A stretch of 64,000 nt of DNA, from the NCBI GenBank assembly GCA_015069385.1, contig SVIS01000001.1, positions 17,127 to 81,126 of the forward strand, given 5' to 3'. The notes beneath the pieces are model-generated. The model was not told where the DNA came from. It saw only the letters and a list, made by a program, of their open reading frames with translations, and ran no database searches. This document shows positions 9,601 to 20,282 of this stretch, piece after piece; position 1 is the first letter of the stretch; each line of letters opens with the position of its first letter. Position numbers and translations under genes: made by a program. This DNA is from Clostridiales bacterium (lineage in GTDB: Bacteria > Bacillota > Clostridia > Christensenellales > UBA1242).

Positions 9601-10140
9601 ATGAAAACTATGTGTGTATTTGATAAAAATTCGTTATTAGATGTAGATGAATGAAAACTTGCAAATAAACTTGTAAAAGATGGTGGAGTTAACGATGCTC
9701 TGTATTTTAAACGCAAATCTTATACTGTATCCGGCAATTATACAGTATATTGTGGTATAGTTTGTTTTTTAGATTATGACGAAACAACTTATTTTACTAG
9801 ACCATTACCTTATTATTTAATAGTTAATACAAAAACAAATCAATTAGTTGCTATAACCGATGCAAAAGATTATAGAGAAAACGAAACAATAATTTCACTA
9901 ATTAACAAACCATTAAAAATGAAACAATACGTTTATGGTAAAGATATGAAATATAAAAATGCAATATTTAATTTGGAAACAGGTGATATCACCCCCATTG
10001 ATAAGCATTTAGAATATGATGAAAAAGGTAATATTTGTGTAAAAGAAAAAATTGTTACAATTAAAAAAACAATATATAAAAATGGTAAACCTCAACAACC
10101 TGTATACGAATGTCAAAATAAAGATTTGTGTAAGCAATAA
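9601..10140 (+). pseudogene. Hypothetical 179-codon ORF interrupted by a single in-frame TGA at 9652-9654
   Basis: ATG 9601 has the RBS AAAGGGG upstream. The same frame stays open from 9655 to 10140 but has no ATG, GTG or TTG between 9655 and 9918. The ORF track therefore reports only the last 73 aa. Confidence 0.45.
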
Positions 10141-10181
10141 AAATAAAGAGATTGTATATATAAACAATCTCTTTATTTTTT
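10141..10181. terminator. Bidirectional intrinsic terminator
   Basis: Hairpin AAAGAGATTGT / ACAATCTCTTT flanked by A- and T-runs, between convergent genes. Confidence 0.75.
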
Positions 10182-12396
10182 ATTGTTCGTTATAAAATAA
10201 CTCAACTATATTACTTTTTTCACTTTCTAAAATATCGCCTGTTGAATAGTTCTTGGCTTTGGTTTTTACATAATATTTACAAACTGAATTAGGCTGTTGC
10301 AAAAAAGTGAACTTTGTTATACCTTTTTTATTTGAAACAGTTTGTAATAAAACTTCAGAATCATTTTTTATTTCATATAATTCGTATTCATAGTAAGCAT
10401 TTGCATCAAAAGATATTGTTGTTACTCCATTTAAGACTTTTCCTTCAATTTTTACTGGCTGAATTGTGAGTGATGTATCATAGTTGATTTTTGGTAAGTT
10501 AAAGCGTGAAAAAAGTGCTTTTCTACGATATCTTTCAGGTAAAAAATTATTAGCTTTGTATATTATGTGTTCATTTTCAAGAGCAAGGCTATCTATTTCA
10601 ACTTCAATTACAGAAGATGGTATTTCAAAGGTTTTAGGGGAGTGAGTTTTATATATTTCATTAAAATAATTTTTAACATAAGAAGTTGGTTTGCCGCCGC
10701 CTACAATATTTATTGGTGAATTATCAATATTGCCTATCCAACAACCAACAATATCTTCTGATGTATAACTAATATTATATGCATCTAGGTTTTGTTTTGA
10801 AATTGAAGATGTACCTGTTTTTGAAGCAACATAATATGGTAAATCACTTAATCGTTTGGCTGTTCCATTTTTTGCACCATCATGTAACATGTCTGTAAGC
10901 AAATATGCAGTATCTGTTCTATATATATTTTTTGGAATTGAATTATTTTTATATATTAGTTTGCCACTTTTATCAAAAATATAATCGATAAACTTTGATT
11001 CTATATATTTTCCTTCATTTGCCAATGTTTGATAACAATTAGTCAATTCTTTTAAAGTCATTCCATAAGTCATTCCGCCAAGCGCTAGGGCAAGATTATT
11101 ATCTTCTTCTACAAATTGTATATTTTGTTTATGTAAATAATTTTTTGCTTTATCAATACCAACATAACTCAATATTTTAACTGCCGGAATATTCAATGAA
11201 GAAGATAATGCTTCTTTTGCACTTACATATCCATATTGTTTATTTCCTATGTTTTGAGGTTCATAGCCATTTATTGATATATGTTCATCTAAAATTACAG
11301 TACTTGGTGTAATTATGTTCTCATTAATAGCAGGAGCATATACAAGAATAGGTTTTATGGCCGATGCTGGCTGCCTTTTTACGTTAAATAGTGGTAAATC
11401 TGCTTTTTCAGTATATGCTTCTATAAAACCAGATTTTGCATTTATAGATATCATAGCATAATCTTCATTAATTGAAGTATCAACAGATTTTTCAAGTGAC
11501 TCTTGTTTTTCTTTATTCATGTATGTAAATATTTTATATCCGCCAACAGCAATATTTTTTTCTGGCATTTTCAAAATTTTTTCAGCCTCTTTAATAGCCG
11601 CCTTAGAATAAGAATTCATTATGTTGCTATTGTTGCTTATATTTATTACTGTATTAATACTTTTTGCTTTTATAAATTCGTTTTCATTAATATTACCATC
11701 ATTTTTCATTTCGTTTAAAACTATATTTCTACGTTTAATGCAATTCGTATATTCTTTTACTGGATGATACTTGTTGGGCGATTTAATTATTCCAGCCAAA
11801 ACAGCACTTTCATCTAAACTAAGTTTGCTAACTGGTTTTGAAAAATAATGTTCACTGGCATTTTGTATACCATAACAGTTATCACCAAAGTATATAATAT
11901 TTAAATAATATTCTAAAATTTCGTCTTTAGAAAATTGTTTTTCTAATTGCTTGGTTAATTTAATTTCGTTAATTTTACGTCCTATGGATTTTTCGTTTGT
12001 TAGGTGAGTGTTTTTAATTAATTGTTGAGATATAGTTGATGCTCCTTCTTTAAAACTTAATGACATTATGTTTTTCACTACTGCTCCCAAAATTCTTTTA
12101 ACATTTATTCCTGAATGAGAATAAAACTTTTTATCTTCTATACTTATAAAACACTGTTTTGTATATTTAGGTATTTGGTTTAAGGTTACATAATCTCCAT
12201 TAATAAAAGTATGTTTTAATGGTCGTTTTTCAGAGTCATATATATTAATAACTAAATTTGAATTTGTAATTTTTGTTTTATCAAACTGAACAGGAGAAGT
12301 AAAATATATAATAGCCATATATGTTAAAACAAATAAGCAGAAAATAATCCCACTAATCATTCCAACCTTTAATGCTTTTTTTAAAATTTTTCTCAT
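10180..12396 (-). CDS. Class A penicillin-binding protein (transglycosylase plus transpeptidase), PBP1A-like
   Basis: 738 aa with an N-terminal TM helix. Contains the GT51 motifs EDKKFYSHSGIN and STISQQLIKN, and the transpeptidase motifs SAIKP and KTGTS. Confidence 0.9.
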   Translation of the reverse strand: MRKILKKALKVGMISGIIFCLFVLTYMAIIYFTSPVQFDKTKITNSNLVINIYDSEKRPLKHTFINGDYVTLNQIPKYTKQCFISIEDKKFYSHSGINVKRILGAVVKNIMSLSFKEGASTISQQLIKNTHLTNEKSIGRKINEIKLTKQLEKQFSKDEILEYYLNIIYFGDNCYGIQNASEHYFSKPVSKLSLDESAVLAGIIKSPNKYHPVKEYTNCIKRRNIVLNEMKNDGNINENEFIKAKSINTVINISNNSNIMNSYSKAAIKEAEKILKMPEKNIAVGGYKIFTYMNKEKQESLEKSVDTSINEDYAMISINAKSGFIEAYTEKADLPLFNVKRQPASAIKPILVYAPAINENIITPSTVILDEHISINGYEPQNIGNKQYGYVSAKEALSSSLNIPAVKILSYVGIDKAKNYLHKQNIQFVEEDNNLALALGGMTYGMTLKELTNCYQTLANEGKYIESKFIDYIFDKSGKLIYKNNSIPKNIYRTDTAYLLTDMLHDGAKNGTAKRLSDLPYYVASKTGTSSISKQNLDAYNISYTSEDIVGCWIGNIDNSPINIVGGGKPTSYVKNYFNEIYKTHSPKTFEIPSSVIEVEIDSLALENEHIIYKANNFLPERYRRKALFSRFNLPKINYDTSLTIQPVKIEGKVLNGVTTISFDANAYYEYELYEIKNDSEVLLQTVSNKKGITKFTFLQQPNSVCKYYVKTKAKNYSTGDILESEKSNIVELFYNEQ

Positions 12397-12552
12397 TAAG
12401 TTTAGTATCTCAATACAAAAAAAAATTATACAATATATATTTGATTTAATGCTTTAATCATATGCTTATAAAGAATATAGTAATTATTTAAACTAAATAA
12501 AATTCCTAGCAATTTTCATATTTTTGTTGTATAATTCATATTGGAGAATTTT

Positions 12553-13680
12553 ATGTTATATACTATAGTTACTTTTGGATGTCAAATGAATGTCCATGAA
12601 TCAGAAAAAATTGCCGGTATGCTTGAAAATATTGGTTACAGCTATACAGATAGTAAAGAGGCTGCCGATATAATCGTATTTAATACATGTGCAATCCGTG
12701 AAGGTGCAGAAGACAGAGCATTAGGAAATATTGGTAATTTAAAAAGAATGAAAAAAGCAAATCCTAATAAAATAATAGCTGTTGCTGGTTGTATGACTCA
12801 ACAAAAACAGATTGCAGAAAAATTATTTAAAACATTTCCTTTTATTGATATTATAGTTGGAACACATAATCTATATTCATTACCTATACTAATTAAAGAA
12901 AAACAAGAAAAGAATAAACGTATTTTTTCAAATGTAGAATCTGGTGAAGTTTGTGAAAATGTTCCAGTTAGTAGAACTAGTGGTGAAAATGCTTGGGTAA
13001 ATATAATGTATGGTTGTAATAATTTTTGTACATATTGCATAGTTCCATATGTTAGAGGCCGAGAAATGAGCCGTAAAAAAGAAGATATATTAAATGAATG
13101 TAAAAATATTATATCTTGTGGGAAATATAAACAAATAACATTACTGGGGCAAAATGTAAATTCTTATCATGCACCTGATTATGAAAACGGCAATTTTGCT
13201 GATTTGTTAAAATCAATTTGTAGATTAGATGGTGATTTTAAACTAACTTTTATGACAAGTCATCCTAAAGATATTTCTGATGAAGTTATAGAAATTTTGG
13301 CATCGGAAGATAAAATTTTAAAGGAACTTCATTTACCTGTTCAAAGTGGTAGTACTAAAATATTAAAAGCAATGAACAGAAAATATACAAGAGAGCATTA
13401 TTTATATATTGTTGATAAAATTAAGAACAAAATACCAAATATTAGACTAACAACAGATATTATTGTTGGATTTCCAGGTGAAACTGAAGAAGATTTTAAT
13501 GATACTTGTTCATTAATTGAATATGTAAAGTATGATGGGATATTTGCCTTTATGTATTCAAAGCGTAGTGGAACTGTTGCCGAAAATATGCCAAACCAAA
13601 TACCAGATGAAATTAAAAATTTCAGAGTAAATAAAATTTTAGAAATGGAAAAACAAATACAAAAGAAAAAAGGAATATAA
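12553..13680 (+). CDS. miaB: tRNA-2-methylthio-N6-dimethylallyladenosine synthase MiaB, lacking the C-terminal TRAM domain
   Basis: The protein starts MLYTIVTFGCQMNVHESE and contains FNTCAIREGAE and the radical-SAM motif CNNFCTYCIVP. It ends at about 375 aa, 3 nt before mutS. A GGAGA RBS precedes ATG 12553. The miaB-mutS-mutL-miaA gene order is conserved. Confidence 0.85.
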   Translation: MLYTIVTFGCQMNVHESEKIAGMLENIGYSYTDSKEAADIIVFNTCAIREGAEDRALGNIGNLKRMKKANPNKIIAVAGCMTQQKQIAEKLFKTFPFIDIIVGTHNLYSLPILIKEKQEKNKRIFSNVESGEVCENVPVSRTSGENAWVNIMYGCNNFCTYCIVPYVRGREMSRKKEDILNECKNIISCGKYKQITLLGQNVNSYHAPDYENGNFADLLKSICRLDGDFKLTFMTSHPKDISDEVIEILASEDKILKELHLPVQSGSTKILKAMNRKYTREHYLYIVDKIKNKIPNIRLTTDIIVGFPGETEEDFNDTCSLIEYVKYDGIFAFMYSKRSGTVAENMPNQIPDEIKNFRVNKILEMEKQIQKKKGI

Positions 13681-13683
13681 TTT

Positions 13684-16296
13684 ATGGCTAAAAATCCTAA
13701 GGTTAAAGAACCTAGCGACATGATGAAACAATATTTGATTACCAAAGAGCAATATAAAGATTGCGTGCTTTTTTATAGGCTTGGTGATTTTTATGAACTA
13801 TTTAATGAAGATGCTGTTTCCATGTCTAGAGTGTTAGATTTAACTTTAACAGGAAAAGATTGTGGCTTAGATGAACGTGCCCCAATGTGTGGCATTCCTT
13901 ATCACGCAGCAGAAGGTTATATTAACAAACTAATTTCTTTAGGTTATAAAATTGCTATATGTGAACAATTAACAGCGCCTGAAAAAGGAAAAATAGTTAA
14001 ACGAGATGTTGTCAGAGTTATTACACCTGGAACAGTTGTCGATACTGGAGTTTTAGATGAAAAACGAAATAATTATATCGTTTCGATTTTTCAGCGTAAT
14101 AATCATATAGGTGTTTCACTTTGTGAACTTACTACAGGTGAATTTTCTATTGCAAATTATGACGGCGAAGATTGTTTTAATAACTTAAATGATTTTTTAA
14201 TTAGAACAATGCCATCTGAAATTATTTGTAATGCTAATTATCAATTAAGTGATTTACTTACTTGTGTAAAAGTAAATATGATGCCAAAGTTTAGTGATTA
14301 TGATGAAAAAAAGTATGCCAAAGTTACTTGTGATGAAATATTATCAAAGTATTTTGGAATAAATTATCAAACTGAGTTTGACATAAAAGATATGCCTTAT
14401 GGGCAAATAGCCTCTGGTGCATTGCTTTCATATTTAGAAGAAACTCAAAAACGTTCGCTTTCCCATATTAAAGAAATTGTTAAGCAAAAATCAAGTGATT
14501 ATATGCAAATTGATTTAAACACAAGGCGTAATTTAGAAATATTAGAAACATTAAAAGATAGGCGTAAAAAAGGTGCGTTAATCTCAGTTATAGATAAAAC
14601 TCAAACAACTATGGGTTCTAGACTTATGAAAAACTGGATTCAAGAGCCATTATACAATGAAAAAGAAATTAACAATCGATTGAATGCAGTTGAAGAACTT
14701 GTCAAAAAATTAATAGCACGTGATGAACTAAGAGAAATTTTAAATAAAATTACCGATATTGAAAGAATATCGGGTAGAATTGCTTATGGTAATTTCACGC
14801 CAAGAGATGCAGTATCTTTAAGAGAATCATTAATTCTTTTGCCAAAATTAACAAATGTTTTACAAAAGTTTGAAAACGACAAAATTAAAAATTTTTGTAA
14901 TAAAATTCCAGATTTTACAAAAGTTACAAAATTGTTATTTGATGCTTTTATTGATCAACCACCTGCAATACTTAGTAGTGGTGGGTATATAAGTAGTGGC
15001 TATAATGCTGAATTAGATGAATATAAGAACGCTAGTGTTAACGCACAAGAATGGATTAATCAGTTAGAAATTAGAGAGAAAGAAGAAACTGGTATAAAAT
15101 CATTAAAAATAAGTTTTAATCGTGTATATGGCTATTTTATTGAAATTAATAAAATGTTTGCAGACCAAGTTCCTATGCGTTATGTAAGAAAACAAACAGT
15201 GGCAAATGCTGATAGATATATTACAGATGAACTTCATGAATTACAGGAAAAAATTGAACATGCAGATGAAAATTCAGTTAGGTTGGAACAAGCAATTTTT
15301 AAACAGATTAGAGAGATATTATTAGAAAATTGTTTGAATATTCAAACGGCATCAAAGGTTATAGCAGAACTTGATTGTTTGCTTTCATTTGCTGAGGTTG
15401 CAATAAAAAATAATTATGTAAAACCAAAAGTTAGTTCTAGAGTTAAACATATATTAATAGAAGAAGGTCGACATCCAGTTGTTGAAGATTTAAATAAAAA
15501 TTCTTCATTTATACCAAATGATACATTGCTTGACTGTAATGAAAATAAAGTTATGATAATAACAGGTCCAAATATGGCTGGTAAAAGTACATATATGCGC
15601 CAAGTTGCTGTAATTACTTTACTAGCTCACATTGGTTGTTTTGTACCTGCAAAAAAAGCAGAAATAGCATTAACTGACAAAATATTCACTCGAGTTGGTG
15701 CAAGCGATGATTTAGCTATAGGGCAATCAACCTTTATGGTAGAAATGATGGAAGTTGCCAATATTTTAGATAATGCAACGGCAAATAGTCTTGTAGTTTT
15801 AGATGAAATTGGCAGAGGGACTTCTACGTATGATGGCCTTTCAATTGCTTGGGCTGTGGTTGAAGAAATAGCAAATAATATGCATTGCAAAACCTTATTT
15901 GCAACTCATTATCATGAATTAACTGAGTTGGAAAATTTTATGCTAGGCGTTAAAAATTATAGAATAGCAATAAAAGAAATAAATGGTCAACTTGTTTTTC
16001 TTCGTAAAATTCAACGTGGCGGTGCTAACAGAAGTTATGGTATAGAGGTAGCGGAACTTGCGGGAGTTATAAAACCTGTAATAGAACGAGCAAAAGTAAT
16101 TTCTGCTGAACTTGAAAAAAATGATATGTCAAACCATATCGTAAAATCTGTTTCTACAACACCACATGAAGTAGAAAAAAAAGAGAAATCTTACACTAAT
16201 ATTGTTGGCATTTTAAAAGATATAGACATAAACAAAGTGACACCTCTTGGTGCATTTGAAACACTTTGTGATTTAGTTGAAAAGGTAAAAGGATAA
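13684..16296 (+). CDS. mutS: DNA mismatch repair protein MutS
   Basis: 870 aa. Contains TPMMKQY-like MMKQYL, FYRLGDFYELF, Walker A GPNMAGKST and DEIGRGTSTYDG. Confidence 0.97.
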   Translation: MAKNPKVKEPSDMMKQYLITKEQYKDCVLFYRLGDFYELFNEDAVSMSRVLDLTLTGKDCGLDERAPMCGIPYHAAEGYINKLISLGYKIAICEQLTAPEKGKIVKRDVVRVITPGTVVDTGVLDEKRNNYIVSIFQRNNHIGVSLCELTTGEFSIANYDGEDCFNNLNDFLIRTMPSEIICNANYQLSDLLTCVKVNMMPKFSDYDEKKYAKVTCDEILSKYFGINYQTEFDIKDMPYGQIASGALLSYLEETQKRSLSHIKEIVKQKSSDYMQIDLNTRRNLEILETLKDRRKKGALISVIDKTQTTMGSRLMKNWIQEPLYNEKEINNRLNAVEELVKKLIARDELREILNKITDIERISGRIAYGNFTPRDAVSLRESLILLPKLTNVLQKFENDKIKNFCNKIPDFTKVTKLLFDAFIDQPPAILSSGGYISSGYNAELDEYKNASVNAQEWINQLEIREKEETGIKSLKISFNRVYGYFIEINKMFADQVPMRYVRKQTVANADRYITDELHELQEKIEHADENSVRLEQAIFKQIREILLENCLNIQTASKVIAELDCLLSFAEVAIKNNYVKPKVSSRVKHILIEEGRHPVVEDLNKNSSFIPNDTLLDCNENKVMIITGPNMAGKSTYMRQVAVITLLAHIGCFVPAKKAEIALTDKIFTRVGASDDLAIGQSTFMVEMMEVANILDNATANSLVVLDEIGRGTSTYDGLSIAWAVVEEIANNMHCKTLFATHYHELTELENFMLGVKNYRIAIKEINGQLVFLRKIQRGGANRSYGIEVAELAGVIKPVIERAKVISAELEKNDMSNHIVKSVSTTPHEVEKKEKSYTNIVGILKDIDINKVTPLGAFETLCDLVEKVKG

Positions 16297-16298
16297 GT

Positions 16299-18173
16299 AT
16301 GAGCATAAAACTTCTAGATAAACAGGTTATTAATCAAATAGCAGCAGGTGAAGTTGTAGAGAAACCGGCATCAATTGTTAAAGAGTTAGTAGAAAATTCT
16401 ATTGATGCCGGAGCTACAGAAATTACCATCGAAATAAAAAACGGAGGAATAGATTATATATCTATAACCGATAACGGTTGTGGAATTAATAAAGATGAAG
16501 TTGTCTTAGCTTTTACTCCACATGCAACTAGTAAATTAGAAAAAATTAATGACTTAAATTCATTAACCACAATGGGCTTTCGTGGGGAAGCGCTTGCATC
16601 TATTTCTGCAATCAGTAAAGTGACAATGGTAACTAAAACTAATCAACAAGATACAGGAATTAAAGTAGAATTAGAGGGTGGTGAAATATTACATTCTAAT
16701 GAAGTAGCTTGTGTTACTGGGACAAAAATTGAAGTTAAAGAAATTTTTTATAATACACCGCCTCGTCTAAAATTTTTACGTAAACCAAAGACCGAAGAAA
16801 ATGATATAACAAGTTATGTAGAGAAGTTAATTTTATGCAATGAGCATATTTCTTTTAAATATATAATTAATGATAAAATAATATATAATACCATATCTGG
16901 TAATATTATGAATAATCTATACTCAATATATGGTAAAGAGTTGGCAGAAAATATGTTGCCAGTAAAGTATAATATTGGTGAGTATTTTGTTTCTGGCTTT
17001 GTATCCAAACCAGAATTCTCAAAGGCAAATAGGTCATATCAAAACCTATTTGTTAACAATAGATTTTGCAATAATGCACTAATAAGTACTGCAGTTTCTA
17101 ATGCATATGAAAACTTTACTATGAAAGGGAAATTTCCAGTCTATACCTTATTCTTACATTTACCACAAGACCAATTAGACGTTAACGTTCATCCCAACAA
17201 ACTAGAAGTTAAGTTTGAAAATACTCAATTGGTTTATCGTGTTTTTAATGATGCTGTTTTTAAAACATTATCAGATTTTAATCATGTACGAACAATTAAT
17301 GAAAAAGAAGTTCATGAATCAACTTTTGTACCACCTTTAATAAAAGAGCCTATTACTAACATAAATAAAAATGAGGGAATTAGTTTTTCACATAATAATA
17401 TTGCTGAAGATGCGGTATTAGAAAAATATCAAAAGCATATTGTTGATACAAACAAAAATCGTGGTTCTTTTCATTTTGAATTAACTGATAATATTTTACC
17501 TCAAGTCGATATTGTTGAATCTGACATAAAACTGGTTGAAACTAAAAATAATACTCCAATTAAAAAATTTGAACAAACCGACTTTAAAAAGGTTCTTAAT
17601 ATAGAATATAATTATATTGGTAAAGTATTTAATACATATTTAATAATAGAGCATGACGATAAACTATTTTTAATTGACCAACATGCCGCTCACGAACGAC
17701 AGAATTATGATTCTATAATGAAACAGTTAAATGATAACAATTTAAAAATACAAGATTTACTTATTCCTTATACATTTAAAACAAGCCAAGCCGAAGCCGC
17801 TTTTTTAGATAACAATTTATCAATATTGCGTGAATTTGGAATTGAAATTTCAGAGTTTGGATATAATTCATTTAGAGTTTCATCTGTTCCTTTGTTAATT
17901 GCAGATATTGATTTAAAAATATTTTTTGATGAAATATTAGACAACCTTTCTTCTATGGTAAAATCCCCACAAGGAATTTTAAAAAATAGATTTATGCAAA
18001 TGGCATGTAAAGCAGCAGTAAAAGGTGGAGATTCTTTAAGTGATTCCGAAATCAAAAATCTACTTAATAAATTAAAAAATGAAACCGATGTTTTACTATG
18101 CCCGCATGGTCGTCCCATTATAGTTGAAATTACCAAAAAGCAAATTGAAAAATGGTTTAAAAGGATTGTATAA
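16299..18173 (+). CDS. mutL: DNA mismatch repair protein MutL
   Basis: 624 aa. Contains the GHKL ATPase motifs IAAGEVVEKPASIVKELVENSIDAG and DNGCGI, and the C-terminal endonuclease region DQHAAHER. Confidence 0.95.
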   Translation: MSIKLLDKQVINQIAAGEVVEKPASIVKELVENSIDAGATEITIEIKNGGIDYISITDNGCGINKDEVVLAFTPHATSKLEKINDLNSLTTMGFRGEALASISAISKVTMVTKTNQQDTGIKVELEGGEILHSNEVACVTGTKIEVKEIFYNTPPRLKFLRKPKTEENDITSYVEKLILCNEHISFKYIINDKIIYNTISGNIMNNLYSIYGKELAENMLPVKYNIGEYFVSGFVSKPEFSKANRSYQNLFVNNRFCNNALISTAVSNAYENFTMKGKFPVYTLFLHLPQDQLDVNVHPNKLEVKFENTQLVYRVFNDAVFKTLSDFNHVRTINEKEVHESTFVPPLIKEPITNINKNEGISFSHNNIAEDAVLEKYQKHIVDTNKNRGSFHFELTDNILPQVDIVESDIKLVETKNNTPIKKFEQTDFKKVLNIEYNYIGKVFNTYLIIEHDDKLFLIDQHAAHERQNYDSIMKQLNDNNLKIQDLLIPYTFKTSQAEAAFLDNNLSILREFGIEISEFGYNSFRVSSVPLLIADIDLKIFFDEILDNLSSMVKSPQGILKNRFMQMACKAAVKGGDSLSDSEIKNLLNKLKNETDVLLCPHGRPIIVEITKKQIEKWFKRIV

Positions 18174-19057
18174 TGGTTGATGTTATAATAATTTATGGAC
18201 CAACAGCCGTTGGAAAATCCGCAATTGCTGTTCAACTCGCAAAAGCCATTAACGGAGAAATTATATCGGCAGATTCTAAGCAGATATATAAAAAACTTGA
18301 TATCGGTTCTGCTAAAGTAACAAAAGAAGAAATGGATGGTATAAAACATTATTTAATTGATATTAAACAACCATGGGAAGATTATAGTGTAAGTGATTTT
18401 TGCATTGATGCAAATAAAGCAATTAAAAATATTTTATCTCGCAATAAAACACCTATTATAGTAGGTGGTACTGGTTTATATATAAAAGGACTTATAGAAG
18501 GTTATTCTTTTGGAAACACTGCCAAAGATATTGATTTTAGAAGTAAGTTACAAAACTATACTAATAGCGAAATATATCAGCAAATATTAAGTATAAACCC
18601 AAACGAAATCATAGATAAAGAAAATAGACATAGATTAATAAGAAGGTTAGAATGTTTAACATTAGGGACTCAGAATATTAATAATGATTTTAAATATACT
18701 TATAAACTTTTTGTTATATCTGATGAAAGGCAAAAAATTTATGACAGAATAAATAACAGAGTAGACAAAATGTTAAAAGATGGTTTGCTTGATGAGGCTA
18801 AAATGTTACAAAGCGAATGTACATTTAAAGATTGTTTAGCCATGAAGGCAATTGGTTATAAAGAATTATTTCCATTTTTAAATAATGAAAAAAGTCTTGA
18901 AGAATGTACGGAAATTCTTAAGCAAAAATCTAGAAATTATGCTAAAAGACAGTTTACCTTTTTAAATCAATTTAAATCTTATACGAAAGTCGATTTTATA
19001 GGGGTAAAAGAAACAACTATTAAAATAAAACAAATTTTAGAGGAACAAAATGGATAA
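18173..19057 (+). CDS. miaA: tRNA dimethylallyltransferase MiaA
   Basis: 294 aa. Contains the P-loop GPTAVGKS, then ISADSKQIYKKLDIGSAK and VGGTGLY. The start overlaps the mutL stop codon. Confidence 0.93.
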   Translation: MVDVIIIYGPTAVGKSAIAVQLAKAINGEIISADSKQIYKKLDIGSAKVTKEEMDGIKHYLIDIKQPWEDYSVSDFCIDANKAIKNILSRNKTPIIVGGTGLYIKGLIEGYSFGNTAKDIDFRSKLQNYTNSEIYQQILSINPNEIIDKENRHRLIRRLECLTLGTQNINNDFKYTYKLFVISDERQKIYDRINNRVDKMLKDGLLDEAKMLQSECTFKDCLAMKAIGYKELFPFLNNEKSLEECTEILKQKSRNYAKRQFTFLNQFKSYTKVDFIGVKETTIKIKQILEEQNG

Positions 19058-20282
19058 ATTACAATTTTTAAAAGAATGTGAAAATGATTTAAAAGATAGA
19101 TATGAAGAACTAGATGATATTGCATATATAAATCAAAAGAAAATTTTAGATGCTTTTCAAGAAAATAAAGTAGCACTTAGAAATTTTTATGGCTCAACAG
19201 GCTATGGTTACGATGATGCAGGTAAAGAAGTTTTAAACAAAATTTATGCTAAAGTATTTGGCACTGAAGCTGCAGTTGTTTCACCATTAATCACATGTGG
19301 TACACACGCTTTAAATTTGGCGCTTTGTGCTGTTTTAAGACCTAATGATATTATATTATCTATAACTGGTGCTCCTTATGATACAATTGTTGATTGTATT
19401 AAGGGGGTTGAAAATAAAGATATAGGCAGTTTAAAAGATTTTGGGGTTAAATATGAGCAAATAGAATTAAAAAATGATATTATTGATGAGGAACTTGTTT
19501 TACAAAAAATCAAAACTTTAAAACCAAAACTTGTTTATATGCAACGTTCTCGTGGATATGGTTGGAGAAAACCATTATCTATTAATGACTTTAAAGAAAT
19601 AATTAAAAAAATTCGAATTATTAACAAAGATTGTTTTATCTTTATTGATAATTGTTATGGCGAATTTGTTGAAACTGCTGAACCAAGCAGTGTGGGCGCA
19701 GATTTAGTTGTTGGATCATTATGTAAAAATCCTGGTGGAGGAATTGTTCCAACCGGAGGATATATTGTTGGAACCAAAAGGGCAATTGACCTTGTTGAAA
19801 AAAGGCTTACCGCCCCATCAATTGGTATTGAAGTTGGTAGTTATGAAATGGGGTATAGGCTTTATTTTCAAGGTTTATTTATGGCTCCACAAACAGTTAA
19901 AAATGCAATTAAAGGTGCATATCTTATTGGTAGAGTAATGGAAAAACTTGGCTATACAGTTTTACCATCTTCAAATGAAAAAAGTTATGATATAATAAAA
20001 TCTATAAAATTTAATACTAGTGAAGAACTTATAAAATTTGTTCAATTAATTCAGAGTTTAAGTCCTGTAGATAGCGATGCGACCCCTCTTCCATGGGAAA
20101 TGCCAGGCTATACAGATCCTGTTATCATGGCTGCTGGCACTTTTGTTCAGGGCGCCTCGATAGAACTTTCATGTGATAGTCCTATTAGAAAACCATATGT
20201 TGCATATTTTCAAGGTGGCTTAACATATGAACATATTAAAATTGTGGCAGAGAAGTTGCTTGATATGTATAGTAATATATAA
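19050..20282 (+). CDS. PLP-dependent YnbB / aluminium-resistance family protein (Met gamma-lyase-like)
   Basis: 410 aa. Contains GSTGYGYDDAGKE and SLCKNPGGG (lysine-containing loop). It is commonly found downstream of miaA in Firmicutes. Confidence 0.8.
   Translation: MDKLQFLKECENDLKDRYEELDDIAYINQKKILDAFQENKVALRNFYGSTGYGYDDAGKEVLNKIYAKVFGTEAAVVSPLITCGTHALNLALCAVLRPNDIILSITGAPYDTIVDCIKGVENKDIGSLKDFGVKYEQIELKNDIIDEELVLQKIKTLKPKLVYMQRSRGYGWRKPLSINDFKEIIKKIRIINKDCFIFIDNCYGEFVETAEPSSVGADLVVGSLCKNPGGGIVPTGGYIVGTKRAIDLVEKRLTAPSIGIEVGSYEMGYRLYFQGLFMAPQTVKNAIKGAYLIGRVMEKLGYTVLPSSNEKSYDIIKSIKFNTSEELIKFVQLIQSLSPVDSDATPLPWEMPGYTDPVIMAAGTFVQGASIELSCDSPIRKPYVAYFQGGLTYEHIKIVAEKLLDMYSNI

Noticed and set aside
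9652-9654. Genome-wide TGA to Trp (or other) recoding as the explanation for the in-frame TGA.
   Set aside because: TGA functions as a stop codon elsewhere in the window, at 30081-30083 (end of the cysteine desulfurase gene) and at the end of spoIIAB at 36124-36126. All other conserved proteins translate at normal lengths under the standard code.
17768-18349. A 193-aa ORF antisense to mutL/miaA. Similar antisense ORFs occur at 958-1158, 5269-5592, 8220-8501, 13398-13745, 15627-15890, 26189-26488, 27074-27430, 33333-33668, 39587-39880, 41037-41333, 43649-43975, 54229-54528, 56154-56477 and 61510-61755.
   Set aside because: All lie entirely inside well-supported genes on the opposite strand or in another frame. 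They have low-complexity, hydrophobic translations typical of antisense frames in AT-rich DNA, and none has an RBS.
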